A stretch of 64,000 bases of DNA from Candidatus Binatia bacterium (GCA_038245295.1 JBBRSP010000008.1:32001-96000), one strand, 5' to 3'. Shown: positions 19,192-30,451, counted from the stretch's first letter. Program-made: numbers and translations. The notes: generated from the letters alone by a model not told the origin.

Positions 19192-19946
19192 TCAACGCCA
19201 CTGTGTCGGCGCCGCACGATCATGGCGACGGCGGCGATCCCCGGCAGGAGAGCAGCCATGCTCAGCAGCGGCGTCAGGAGAAACAGATCGGTGCTCCCCG
19301 GTGGCCAGCGGCAGGCGGCACCAGCGGCCGGCGCGGAGCACACCATGGTGGTGATCTGCGGCGCTCCAATGCTGTTCCATCCCATGTGTTGAAGGATGGC
19401 AAAGGCGACCCAAAGTCCAATTCGACGCAGGTCTGGGCTCGGTTGCTTCGCGTACCAGATCGCCACGGCGGCGGCCGCGGTGAAAACCGCATGATGCCAT
19501 CCCCACGCAAAGCCGCGGACGAAGATCCCTTGCCATAGTCCCGCAGAGCCACCCTGGAGCGCCGCGAGCAACAGGTACTGGGTGTTCTCCATGGCGGTAA
19601 AGCCGAGCCCCACACAGATACCGCGCACGATCAGCGCTTCGACCTTGGCCGTCGAGCCCACGGCGGCCAAGACCAGGGACAGCCACACAACCAGTGCCTT
19701 GAGGGCTTCTTCGACAATCGGTGCGCCGACTTCCCTCATTGCCGACGCGGACAGGCCGGAGTCGTCGGTGATCAACTGATTGAGCCAGGCGGCAATCGGT
19801 GCGCTCAGCAGCGCGCCGGCGGCGAAGCAGGCAAGACAAGCGGGGAGTTTTGCGTATCGCCGCCCGCCGAGGCCGATCATCAGCGCAAGAAGGGTAAGGG
19901 CTGGCGCGAAGGCGGCGGCCAGGATGGCTGGCGGTAGTTGGAGCAA
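19158..19946 (-). CDS. PrsW-family intramembrane glutamic protease
   Basis: APIVEEALK, GLGFTAMEN, HAVFTA and HMGWN motifs; start uncertain. Confidence 0.8.
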   Translation of the reverse strand: MLQLPPAILAAAFAPALTLLALMIGLGGRRYAKLPACLACFAAGALLSAPIAAWLNQLITDDSGLSASAMREVGAPIVEEALKALVVWLSLVLAAVGSTAKVEALIVRGICVGLGFTAMENTQYLLLAALQGGSAGLWQGIFVRGFAWGWHHAVFTAAAAVAIWYAKQPSPDLRRIGLWVAFAILQHMGWNSIGAPQITTMVCSAPAAGAACRWPPGSTDLFLLTPLLSMAALLPGIAAVAMIVRRRHSGVDQAAREARFTS

Positions 19947-20074
19947 TGTCGAGATCCGAGTGCAGCCATCAGAGACAATGGCGCGGGCTCGGGCAAGGGT
20001 ACGGCCAAGGTTTGATGGGGTAGTTGCGTCTTCACTTGGCTCTGGCCTAGTTGAGTGGAGGAGGAAAACTCAGG

Positions 20075-20689
20075 ATGAAGTTCTACACCGGCCTTGGCCC
20101 CAATCCGCGCGCCGTCCGTATGTTTCTGGCAGAAAAGGGTGTCGAGATTCCCCAGGTGCAAGTGGACCTGCTCGGTGGCGAAAATCGCCGCGGCCCCTAC
20201 ACGGAAAAGAATCCATCCGGGCAACTGCCTTGCCTGGAGCTCGACAATGGCACGGTGATCGCCGAGATCCTGCCGATCTGTGAATACATCGAGGAGATCC
20301 ATCCAAAGCCACACCTGGTCGGTGCAACACCGGAAGAGCGCGCCGTGGCACGCATGTGGCTGCGTCGCATCGATCTCAACATCGTCGAGCCACTCGCCAA
20401 CGGCTTTCGCTATTCCGAGGGCCTGATGCTTTTCCAGGATCGTATGCGAGTCATTCCTCAGGCCGCCGACGATCTGAAGGCTCTGGCGCGCGAGAAGTTG
20501 GCCTGGCTCGACGGTTTGATGAAAGGCGACTTCATCGCGGGAGCGCGCTTCACGTTGGCCGACATCTTCCTGTTTGCCTTCCTCGACTTCGGTGCCACCG
20601 TCGGCCAGAGCTTCGATCCCAAGCTCAAGTGGATTCCCGGTTGGTTCGATCGTGTCGCGGCGCGGCCGAGTGCCGCCGCCAGCAAATAG
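20075..20689 (+). CDS. Glutathione S-transferase
   Basis: GPNPRAVRMFLAEKG, KNPSGQLP, FTLADI; RBS GGAGG upstream of ATG 20075. Confidence 0.9.
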   Translation: MKFYTGLGPNPRAVRMFLAEKGVEIPQVQVDLLGGENRRGPYTEKNPSGQLPCLELDNGTVIAEILPICEYIEEIHPKPHLVGATPEERAVARMWLRRIDLNIVEPLANGFRYSEGLMLFQDRMRVIPQAADDLKALAREKLAWLDGLMKGDFIAGARFTLADIFLFAFLDFGATVGQSFDPKLKWIPGWFDRVAARPSAAASK

Positions 20690-20730
20690 TCTCCGGATCA
20701 TTGTCGAAAGCCGAGAAGGAAGAACTCACC

Positions 20731-21780
20731 ATGGAGCGAGCGACCAAGAATGTGCGGATGGGGCTGACGCTGCCACTGGGCAGCGCGGCTACGGCGGTGG
20801 AAACGGCGCGCGCCGCCCAGGCCTGTGGCTACGAGGAGATCTGGCTGGCGGAGGTCAATGCCGGTGATTCGTACGCCGTAGCCGGAGCCATCGCCGCCGG
20901 CGCCCCCGGTATGCGCCTCGGCACCGCCGTCGTGCCGGCGCAAACGCGCACGCCCCTCGTGCACGCCATGGCGGCCCTGTCGCTCAACCAACTCACCGGC
21001 GGGAACTTCATTCTCGGCCTCGGCCTATCGTCGCCGAACATCGTTAAGGATTGGGGCGGGCAGCCCTACGACAAGCCACTGACGCGCATGCGTGAGCACG
21101 TCGAGGTCCTGCGCCAGATGTTGAGCGGCGGCAAGGTCGACTATGACGGCAAGACGCTTAGCGCCAAGAAGTTCCGTCTCGGCGGTGCCCTGATCGGTGA
21201 GGTGCCGATTTATCTCGGTGCGCTCAACGAGCAAATGCTGCGAATGACCGGGGCGCTGTGCGACGGAGTTGTCCTCAACATGGTGCCGGAGCGGGCTCTG
21301 CCGCAGATCCTCGGGGCCGTGCGCGCCGGTGCCGAAGCCGCCGGGCGTGATCCGGCGCAGCTCGAAGTCGTGGCGCGTTTGCATTGTGTCCTGAGCGACG
21401 ATGCCAACATGGCGCGCGGACTGGTGCGCAACGTCTTCGGCGCCTATGCCGCGACGCCGGGTTACAACAAGTGCTTCGAATGGATCGGTTTCGCCGAAGA
21501 GGCGCGCCGTATCCGCGAATGTTTTGCGAAGGGTGATCGTACCGGTGTCGCGGAAGCGGTCACCGACGAATTGTGCGACGCCATGGCCGTGGTCGGCAAC
21601 CTGGAGACGGTTCGTGGCCGTATCCGGGCCTACGCCGAACAGGGCATCGATGTGTGTGTCCTCAATCCGATCGCCGACCCGGGCTCGGTACGTGGCGTCA
21701 TCGAAAAGTTGGCTAGCTCACTTGAAGGTCTCGATCTCCGCCAAAGCGGCGTGTTGCGGGCAACTACACGCGGGGTGTAG
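20731..21780 (+). CDS. LLM-class (probably F420-dependent) oxidoreductase
   Basis: IWLAE, RLGTAVVP..TRTP, FILGLG, PIYLGALNEQML..G..CDGV. Confidence 0.85.
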   Translation: MERATKNVRMGLTLPLGSAATAVETARAAQACGYEEIWLAEVNAGDSYAVAGAIAAGAPGMRLGTAVVPAQTRTPLVHAMAALSLNQLTGGNFILGLGLSSPNIVKDWGGQPYDKPLTRMREHVEVLRQMLSGGKVDYDGKTLSAKKFRLGGALIGEVPIYLGALNEQMLRMTGALCDGVVLNMVPERALPQILGAVRAGAEAAGRDPAQLEVVARLHCVLSDDANMARGLVRNVFGAYAATPGYNKCFEWIGFAEEARRIRECFAKGDRTGVAEAVTDELCDAMAVVGNLETVRGRIRAYAEQGIDVCVLNPIADPGSVRGVIEKLASSLEGLDLRQSGVLRATTRGV

Positions 21781-21823
21781 TGCATTGCCCCGACGGCCTG
21801 TCGCCCTATGTGCGATGAAAGAG

Positions 21824-21964
21824 CCCCTCTCCCACTTCGAGTGGATTCTTTGACGGTGGGAGAGGGTCGGGGTGAGGGTCGGTAGATGTCAGATGATCCA
21901 CCGTCCAACCCTCACCCCAGCCCCCTCCCAGATGTCAATATTCCGGTTGAGCTGGGAGAGGGGG
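21824..21964. repeat. CCCTCTCCC..GGGAGAGGG..GGGGTGAGGG palindromic REP-like doublet
   Basis: Two inverted units between convergent genes; related single units at 25775-25830 and 37137-37176. Confidence 0.8.
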
Positions 21965-22045
21965 CATTTCGCCATGACCAGCTCTTTTGATCGAGGCGAA
22001 CCTGATGGTCGTGCCTCCACCATTCAGGGTCGACTCGCCAAAGGG

Positions 22046-24610
22046 CTAGTTCGAGTCGCAGTCTGTCAACGAATTGATCCACTCCGAAATTACGTTCAAC
22101 GCTTCCTGGTGCACGCGGCGCCGGCCCAGTTCCGGCATCGCGATCTCAGGTTCGGTCGATTTCATGCGGAAGGTCAGAATTGATTCGTCGGCGTGGCCGG
22201 GGGCGATGACTTCATGGAAGTCGCCGGTGCCGCGCCCAGCGGCGGTCGGTGACTTACAGATGCCAAGATGTGTCGGGGTTGTTTCGCTGAACGCGAAGTA
22301 GACACCGGTCGACCGCGCGGCACCGCCCTGATTGTGGCAGTGGGCGCAGTTGATATCCAGGTAACTGCGGGCCCGTAGTTCCAGGCTTCCCGTGGACGGG
22401 TCGTCGAACACCGCGGCGCGCGGGGCGATTGATGCATCAGCCGGAGCGCCGGTCAGAATGCCGAGCTGTGTCCAATGCTCCAGCTGATTGGCGACGCCGT
22501 CGGCATACGCATAGTTCTTGTTCAGATGGCGCGCCTTGACGCCGAGCAGATTGACACCGCCGCCATCGTGCTCGCGATGGCATTCCTTACATTGATTGGA
22601 ATTCGGCACGGTGTAGGGGAAGGTGCCGACGGTGCCGTCGGCTTGCACGCCGGTGACGGACAGGGTGGTTCCGACGATCTTCAGGACGGCATCGGTGCGA
22701 TCCGCATTCCACACGTACGGCAGGCCGACCCAGCCGCTGGCCTTGCGGACGAGCAGTCTGGTTTCCAGCAGGTCGACGCCCTTCGAGAGATCGCGTTGGT
22801 CGCGCGGGTAGGTGAACGTTTTGACGATCACCGAGCCAACCGGAAAGTTAAAGGCATCGCTGTCGGCATATCGCGCCGTCTGGCCGGCCGGCACGTAGAC
22901 GAAGCGGTGTTTGACCGTGTAGTCCGAAAACAGCTGTGTGTTGACGTTGAACGGAACAAGGCCGGTGTTGGGCTCCTGGGTTGCGCCGTTGCCGAGGAAG
23001 AAGCGGTAACTCGACAAGTATTCGCAAGCGACGTCGCTCGGATCGAAATTGACGCCGCTCCCCGAAGGGATGCGGCATTTCGACTCGAGTGACGCCACTT
23101 GCGTCGGGGTCGGCGTCGGCTGCGGGCCCACCGTAGGGGTGGGCTCCGCTGCCGCGTCGACGCCGTGGATTTTCACCGCCGGCAAACGGTCGAGCTCGCA
23201 GTCGTACGGTGCCAGGCTTGGCGAAGCGTTGGCGCCGAGGTTGCGAATGTCGATGTTCCAGAAACGCACGTCGTCTTCCTGGACACACAGGCGGAAGGCG
23301 GCCGGCAACTGTCCGTTGACCAACTTGTTGCGGTCGACATCACCGTCGTACATGACCTGCGGCAGAGGCAAGCCTCCGACCACCGGACCGACGAGATCCG
23401 AGACGCCTTGGTCCGGATTGCTGCCGCCGCCGATGTAGGTGTTGTCGTGCAGGTAAATACCTTCGGAGTATTTGTCGTAGTTCCGATCGTTGCTGCTCAG
23501 CCCACCGACGATCGCCGCGGTATTGAAGCTGATGAGTAGGATCTGATTGGTGCCATTGTCGCGCAGGGTGTTGTCGAATACTTCGACGTTGTCGTTGGCC
23601 AGCACCATGATGCCGGTTCCCTTCGGAACGGCGCTCACCGTGGTGCCGCGGGCCGCGAAGTTCGGGACGTTGTTCTCGAAGAGCTGGTTGTGGAAGGCGC
23701 GGGTGCGTTTGCCGCCGATGAACTGCAGGCCCGGCAGATTGAAGATCAGCAAACCGCCGGTGTTGTTCGTAGCGATGTTGTCGTAGACGTCGGCATCCGT
23801 CGAGTTCTCGATCTCGATGCCGGCAACGTTCAGCTCGGCACGGTTACGTCGCATGATGATCTTGTGCGATTGCCCGACGTAAAACCCGGCGTCGGCGGCG
23901 CCTTTGACGATCGAGTCTTCGATGAGAACACCCGTGCAGGCCACCGGATACAATCCGTAGGCGCCATTCTTGGTGTTCGAGCCGCGTGTCCACTCGGTGC
24001 GCACGCCGCGAATCGTCAGGCCGTGGGCACCGACGATCTTCAAGAGGTCACCTGGGCTGTCTTCCATGCCGATGTTTTCGATGACGAAGCGGTCGGCCAT
24101 GACGAGCATACCCTCGGCGCCGGTAGTCTGCGTCGCGAAAGAGAGAATCGTCTTGTCTTGGCCCTGGCCGCGGATGGTTACGTCGTCGACGTCGAGCGAC
24201 AGTTGTCCGGTCAAATGATACGTGCCTTCCGGGAAGACGATCTCGTCGCCCGGCTCGGCTGTGATCAGCGCCGTCAGGATATTGTCCAAATCGTTCGGAC
24301 CCGGCGCTGGAATGTTGACCGTCCTGCGTTGGCAGGGTGGTCCGCCGCAGCCGTCGAGCGCCGTGCGCACACTGGTGATGAGCTCCTCGATGGTGACTTC
24401 ATCGTCGCCGTTGATATCGCCGGAGTCACAGCTCGTCGCTTCGGCCCGCCCCAACCCGATGTTTACCGACGTGAGCACCTCGTCGATGGTTACCGAACAG
24501 TCCCGGTTGCAGTCGCCGCCGCACACCGCGGTCAAGCGCTGCGCCTTCGCGGTGCCGGCTGCCGCAAGACACAACGCAGCGGCTGCCAAGGCCAATTGTC
24601 GAAATCGCAT
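22046..24610 (-). CDS. Secreted fusion: dockerin-like domain + parallel beta-helix (TIGR03805-like) + SO2930-like diheme cytochrome c (TIGR03806-like)
   Basis: Signal peptide, GGDCNRDCSVTIDEV, NGAYGLYPV/GAADAGFYVGQS/NVAGIEIENS, Pro/Thr linker, LFSDYTVKHRF, CKECH, RARSYLDINCAHCH, MPELGR. Start 24610 or 24616. Confidence 0.85.
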   Translation of the reverse strand: MRFRQLALAAAALCLAAAGTAKAQRLTAVCGGDCNRDCSVTIDEVLTSVNIGLGRAEATSCDSGDINGDDEVTIEELITSVRTALDGCGGPPCQRRTVNIPAPGPNDLDNILTALITAEPGDEIVFPEGTYHLTGQLSLDVDDVTIRGQGQDKTILSFATQTTGAEGMLVMADRFVIENIGMEDSPGDLLKIVGAHGLTIRGVRTEWTRGSNTKNGAYGLYPVACTGVLIEDSIVKGAADAGFYVGQSHKIIMRRNRAELNVAGIEIENSTDADVYDNIATNNTGGLLIFNLPGLQFIGGKRTRAFHNQLFENNVPNFAARGTTVSAVPKGTGIMVLANDNVEVFDNTLRDNGTNQILLISFNTAAIVGGLSSNDRNYDKYSEGIYLHDNTYIGGGSNPDQGVSDLVGPVVGGLPLPQVMYDGDVDRNKLVNGQLPAAFRLCVQEDDVRFWNIDIRNLGANASPSLAPYDCELDRLPAVKIHGVDAAAEPTPTVGPQPTPTPTQVASLESKCRIPSGSGVNFDPSDVACEYLSSYRFFLGNGATQEPNTGLVPFNVNTQLFSDYTVKHRFVYVPAGQTARYADSDAFNFPVGSVIVKTFTYPRDQRDLSKGVDLLETRLLVRKASGWVGLPYVWNADRTDAVLKIVGTTLSVTGVQADGTVGTFPYTVPNSNQCKECHREHDGGGVNLLGVKARHLNKNYAYADGVANQLEHWTQLGILTGAPADASIAPRAAVFDDPSTGSLELRARSYLDINCAHCHNQGGAARSTGVYFAFSETTPTHLGICKSPTAAGRGTGDFHEVIAPGHADESILTFRMKSTEPEIAMPELGRRRVHQEALNVISEWINSLTDCDSN

Positions 24611-24804
24611 CCTCATCCCTCCCGTTGTTGGATCGTTGCAACGCCGAGGCTGCTCTGGCAACCTCGGCGGTGAGCGCTTTTAAACGACACCACCAACCAT
24701 AGGCAACCCTATTTTGCTGGTCTTAGGAGACGTGTTTCGGGCGCACCCGGACCCGTCAGGGCGACGTTGGGTTGTGTGAACGACCGGGCGCGGCGGTGCC
24801 GCGC

Positions 24805-25728
24805 CTAGGCGCGAATGCCGATGGCGCGCAGAACTTCCAGGGACGGTGCGAAGAACGTCGCTCCCGACATGGCGTGCGTGAACTCCATGAGCGCGTCCTG
24901 CAAGCCGTCGCCGGCGGTGCCCATCATGCGCGCCAGCATCTCTTCGGGGATGGCGAGGTCACGCGTATAGGCGATGAAGAACAGTCCGTTCTCCTTCAGG
25001 TTTCCATAGGGAAAGCTGTGGCGCATGATGGCCAGTTGTTCGCCGTTCTCTTCAATGGTGACGCGACTGACGTGGGATGTCAGCGGCCGACTCTTGTCGG
25101 GGATTTCCTTGCTGTCGCGCTTGCGACGGCCGACGATGCCTTCTTGCTCGCTGAGGGGCAGGGTATTCCACCTTGGCAGTTCATGGACGTAACGCTGCGT
25201 GAACACGAAGCTGCCGCCGGCGAAACGAGGATCTTCCTTGCCGATGAGCGACGTCTTGCTGCGCAGCTTGGTGCCTTTGGGGTTGGCGGTGCCCTTCTGG
25301 AAGCCGATGAGGTCACGTGTGTCGAGGTATCGGAAGCCGGTCACATCGTCCATCACTTCGACGCCTTCGCCAAGCTCGTTCATGATGCGTTGCGCCAATT
25401 CGAAGTTTAGGTCGATGCGCTTCGAAAGGATGTGGAACAGAATGTCGCCACCAGTGTTCGGGGCGCGTGTTCCGACAGCCAGGAATGGTCGCATCCCCTT
25501 GGGCCGGCGGCGCGGCGCCATGAGGCTCCAGAACTCAGAGCCGATACCAATCGTGCAAACGAGTTTGGCGCGTTTGTCGGTAGCGGCGAGTTTCTCGGTC
25601 AGGGCTGGAATCCTGGAAAGAGCTTTGGCGATTCGAGCTGCGGCGGCGGCCGGCTCCGTCACTCGAAGGATAACGAACCGGGCGTGCTCACTGGGCTCGG
25701 GCAGGATTCCTGCTTGCGGTTTTGACAT
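24805..25728 (-). CDS. Dyp-type peroxidase (class B/YfeX-like) with an atypical GxxKG motif
   Basis: PQAGI, RDLIGFQKGTANP, GGSFVFTQRY, QEGIVGRRK, proximal SHV, distal IMRHSFPYG, FFAPS. Confidence 0.88.
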   Translation of the reverse strand: MSKPQAGILPEPSEHARFVILRVTEPAAAAARIAKALSRIPALTEKLAATDKRAKLVCTIGIGSEFWSLMAPRRRPKGMRPFLAVGTRAPNTGGDILFHILSKRIDLNFELAQRIMNELGEGVEVMDDVTGFRYLDTRDLIGFQKGTANPKGTKLRSKTSLIGKEDPRFAGGSFVFTQRYVHELPRWNTLPLSEQEGIVGRRKRDSKEIPDKSRPLTSHVSRVTIEENGEQLAIMRHSFPYGNLKENGLFFIAYTRDLAIPEEMLARMMGTAGDGLQDALMEFTHAMSGATFFAPSLEVLRAIGIRA

Positions 25729-25774
25729 GGGGGACCATCTAGACGAGCGGGACGCAACCCGGCAAGGCCCAACA

Positions 25775-25830
25775 CCCCCTCTCCCAACACCGCGGGAACA
25801 ATTGGCGGTGGGGGAGAGGCGGGACGAGGG
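25775..25830. repeat. Single CCCTCTCCC-family palindromic unit
   Basis: ccccctctcccaacaccgc..gcggtgggggagaggcgggacgaggg. Confidence 0.6.
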
Positions 25831-25848
25831 CTCGATCTGGGCAGCGGG

Positions 25849-26433
25849 TTACTTCAGTGCCTTCTGGAACGCATCCGACTTGAACTCGGTTGCCGCCTTG
25901 GTTGCCAGGTCGGCGAGGGCGTTCTGCATCATGTCCTGCGCAAAACTGTCCGGTGAGCGGAAGAGGTTGGTGCCGCCGGCGCCGCCACTGACTTCTTTGG
26001 ACCATAGCGACTTGCCCGAGGCGTCCTGCAGGTCGTACTTCACCGCGATGGTAGCCTTGTAGCCCGCCATGCCGTCCATCCAGTACCTGGTGATCGTCGC
26101 CACCAGTGTGCGTCCGCCGCCATCCTTGACGTCGACACCGGCTTGCTTGAGGGCATCGGTGCTAGCGTCGCCGACACTCTTGGCGAACACGCCGGCATCG
26201 GCATCATCGACCTTTTGAGGAATACCGTAGCTGCCACGCACCTGGCCAACGGTGGCCGTGGTGCCACCCGCATCGGCGGAGCGCGAGTTCACCACTTTGA
26301 GCCCGAGGCTCGACGAGGCGGGCGGGGCCGCCGCGGCCATCGGCTTGTAGGCGATATGGGACACGCCACAGCCAGCCAATAGGCTGATCGCCGCAGCGAG
26401 AACTCCAGAGCTAAAGATCTGCGAACGCTTCAT
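25849..26433 (-). CDS. Hypothetical lipoprotein (YajG-like)
   Basis: Lipobox LLAGC; RBS GGAGG upstream; alpha/beta-patterned 194-aa ORF. Confidence 0.7.
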   Translation of the reverse strand: MKRSQIFSSGVLAAAISLLAGCGVSHIAYKPMAAAAPPASSSLGLKVVNSRSADAGGTTATVGQVRGSYGIPQKVDDADAGVFAKSVGDASTDALKQAGVDVKDGGGRTLVATITRYWMDGMAGYKATIAVKYDLQDASGKSLWSKEVSGGAGGTNLFRSPDSFAQDMMQNALADLATKAATEFKSDAFQKALK

Positions 26434-26767
26434 TGTAAAATTCCTCCATCGTTGGTGACTTGTTTACCGCGCGCCGACTGACGAGCCGTGCGCTGCCTGC
26501 TGACAAAAACGACTCGCCGCGTCAAGCGTCGGCGCACGCAACACTGGTTCGGCTTTGCCCAGGGCAAAGCCCCTGGTTCGGTTCCGTCCGACTGGGCGAA
26601 CCACGCCCGACCCCAACTCCCTACCGGACCGCGGGTCTTCCCGGCACGCAGTAGGAGGCGCCAGCGGTTGTCGGCAGTTCCCATTCATGCGAGAGCCTGT
26701 CTAGGGGCCTCCAACATTCCGGAACTTGCGTTCCTTGGCGGCTTCCGGTTGTCGCTTCGGAAAGATG

Positions 26768-26783
26768 CGGCCCAGGGATTGCT
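26768..26783 (+). promoter_or_regulatory. Possible sigma54 (-24/-12) promoter upstream of the activator gene
   Basis: CGGCCCAGGGATTGCT: GG-N10-GC spacing with TTGC. Confidence 0.35.
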
Positions 26784-26823
26784 TCGAGTAGGTGCCGAGG
26801 GGCTCAACCAGATGAGGGATACT

Positions 26824-28200
<1,377 letters not shown>

Positions 28201-28250
28201 GGTTGACACCCGTGCGGCCAAGTCCTAGTCGCCGACACGGCGACACTAGG

Positions 28251-29375
28251 ATGACGACCCTTACCCCCGATAACTTCGTGTCGACCTCGGAGCAGGCGGC
28301 GCTGCTGCGCGCCATTCTCGACAGCGCGGTGGACGGGATGATCGTCATCGACGCCTCGGCCAACATTGAGTCTTTCAATCCGGCGGCCAGTCGGATCTTC
28401 GGTTACTCGCCGGAAGAGGTTGTCGGCAAGAACGTCAAGATTCTCATGCCTTCGTCGTATCGCGATGAACATGACGGCTACATCGATCGTTACCGCCGCA
28501 CGGGAGAAAAACGCATCATTGGCATCGGCCGTGAGGTCGTCGGTCTGCGTAAAGATGGATCCCTGGTGCCGCTCGATCTCGCCGTCAGCGAGGTCAATGT
28601 CGGCGAAGCGCGACGTTTCCTCGGCATCCTGCGCGATCTGACCCAACGCAAACGCGCGGAAGACGCGCTGCGAGAGGCGCGGGCGGCGTCGCAGCAACGC
28701 GACCGACTCGCGGACATCGGCGCCATCGCGGCCAAGATCATTCACGACATCGGCAATCCTCTCGCCGGCATCACCATGCAAAGTGAACTGCTGATGCGGC
28801 GGCTGAATCGCGAGAAGGCTGGCGAGTCCACCCTGGGCCCGGCACAACGCATCATCTCCGCCTGTCAGCGTTTGAGCGGCTTGATCCGCGAGTTCATGGA
28901 TTTTGCGCGCGAGCAGCGACTCAATTTGCGCGAGATTGACGTCAGCCGGTTCTGCGACGAAGCGGCGGCGTTCTGGGCACCACTGGCGACGCGCTCAGGC
29001 GTCAAACTCACGGTCGAGGTCGCGCCGGACGCCGCGGTCGTCACCGCCGATGCCGACAAACTGCGCCGTGTCCTCGATAACCTGATCCGCAATGCGGTCG
29101 AAGCAATCGATGGTCATGGCCAGATCTTGATCCGCGCCTACCCAGACGACAGCCGTGGACTCTGTATCTCCGTCGCCGATACTGGTCCGGGAATAAAGAA
29201 AGGCGTCGAGATTTTTCGCCTTTTCGAGACGACCAAACCGTCTGGAACCGGCCTTGGACTGGCTGTCTGCAAGCAGATCATGGAAGCACATGGTGGTGGC
29301 ATTACCGTTGCAGACCTAGTTCCCCATGGAGCGGAGTTCACATTATCGATCCCGAAAGGCGGACGCCCGAACTGA
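28251..29375 (+). CDS. Soluble FixL-like heme-PAS sensor histidine kinase
   Basis: LMPSSYRDEHDGYIDRYRRTGEKRIIGIGREVVGLRKDGS is the FixL heme-PAS signature; HDIGNPL H-box; N/G1/F/G2 boxes; no TM. Confidence 0.88.
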   Translation: MTTLTPDNFVSTSEQAALLRAILDSAVDGMIVIDASANIESFNPAASRIFGYSPEEVVGKNVKILMPSSYRDEHDGYIDRYRRTGEKRIIGIGREVVGLRKDGSLVPLDLAVSEVNVGEARRFLGILRDLTQRKRAEDALREARAASQQRDRLADIGAIAAKIIHDIGNPLAGITMQSELLMRRLNREKAGESTLGPAQRIISACQRLSGLIREFMDFAREQRLNLREIDVSRFCDEAAAFWAPLATRSGVKLTVEVAPDAAVVTADADKLRRVLDNLIRNAVEAIDGHGQILIRAYPDDSRGLCISVADTGPGIKKGVEIFRLFETTKPSGTGLGLAVCKQIMEAHGGGITVADLVPHGAEFTLSIPKGGRPN

Positions 29376-29397
29376 GCATCTCGGAGAGGATGGCCTA

Positions 29398-29757
29398 ATG
29401 GTTCTGCTCGTGGATGACGACGAAGATTTCCGTGTTGGTTTGGCGGAGGCGTTGCGTGACGATGGATTTGTCGTTGGTGACTTCGCCGCCTCGGGATCGC
29501 TTCCGCCGTTGGATCATATGCCCAAGCTTCAGTGCGCCATCACGGACTACCATCTCGGTAACGAGACCGGCTTGGCGTTGGCGGATCGGCTGCATGAGCA
29601 CTATCCGCAACTTCCGGTGGTCATCGTCACAGCGTTCTCGAGTCGCGACCTCGAAGAGGCGGTCGCCACACGCGTTCACGTGAAACTGTTGTCCAAGCCG
29701 GTGCACTACGACCAGCTGCGGTCGCTGCTGCCGCGTTTGCGCGCACACCACACCTGA
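29398..29757 (+). CDS. Single-domain response regulator
   Basis: VLLVDDD, ITDY, IVTA and LSKP receiver motifs. Confidence 0.85.
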   Translation: MVLLVDDDEDFRVGLAEALRDDGFVVGDFAASGSLPPLDHMPKLQCAITDYHLGNETGLALADRLHEHYPQLPVVIVTAFSSRDLEEAVATRVHVKLLSKPVHYDQLRSLLPRLRAHHT

Positions 29758-29785
29758 GAGCGGCAGCCGCCTCGCGTAGATCCTG

Positions 29786-30451
29786 ATGACCTGGTTGCTT
29801 CCGTACTTTGTCGGCGGGCTGTTTGGCTCGACGCACTGCCTCGGCATGTGTGGCGGTTTTCCGATCGCGCTGGCGGCGGGGGTGACGCCGAATCGGACCC
29901 GACAAGTGCTTTACAACCTCGGGCGTTTGAACACCCTGCTCTTTGTTGGCGCGCTAGCCGGCGCCTTCGGTGCCGTACTCGTGGCGCAGGGGCCGGCCTT
30001 ATGGATGGAGCGTCTCCTGGCGGTCGCTGGCGGCACGTTGATGTTGGTTTTTGGCGCCGAGCAACTGGGTTTGTTCGCCATCGTGACGCCGCGCCTGGCG
30101 GCGTTTCTGCATCGCCATCTCGGCGGCATATTGCGCGCGCTCATCACGTGGCGCTCGCCACTTGCGCCCCTGATCTTCGGCGCCATCAACGAGCTCTTAC
30201 CCTGCCACTTGATCTATGCATTTGCGGCACAGGCGGCGGTAACCGGCTCGGCCATCGACGGTCTCCTGGTGATGGGGGCGTTTGGCCTTGGCACGGCGCC
30301 GGCGATGTTGGGGATAGGACTGCTGCCGTCGGCGGTCTCGCCGCGCCTGCGTCAGCGCGTTTTCCGTCTGTCCGGCTACCTTGTCCTGCTGCTCGGCGTG
30401 ATCACCATCGCGCGCGCCTTCGGCGGCACGACCCACACACATCACCACTGA
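29786..30451 (+). CDS. DsbD_2 / sulfite exporter TauE-like membrane protein (cbb3 assembly-associated)
   Basis: HCLGMCGG, YNLGR, LLPCHLIY, FGLGT; His-rich C-terminus. Confidence 0.85.
   Translation: MTWLLPYFVGGLFGSTHCLGMCGGFPIALAAGVTPNRTRQVLYNLGRLNTLLFVGALAGAFGAVLVAQGPALWMERLLAVAGGTLMLVFGAEQLGLFAIVTPRLAAFLHRHLGGILRALITWRSPLAPLIFGAINELLPCHLIYAFAAQAAVTGSAIDGLLVMGAFGLGTAPAMLGIGLLPSAVSPRLRQRVFRLSGYLVLLLGVITIARAFGGTTHTHHH

Noticed and set aside
24805..24850. Encapsulin cargo-loading peptide on the DyP
   Set aside because: The C-terminus LRAIGIRA lacks the linker and GSLxIGSL-like motif, and no encapsulin gene is nearby.
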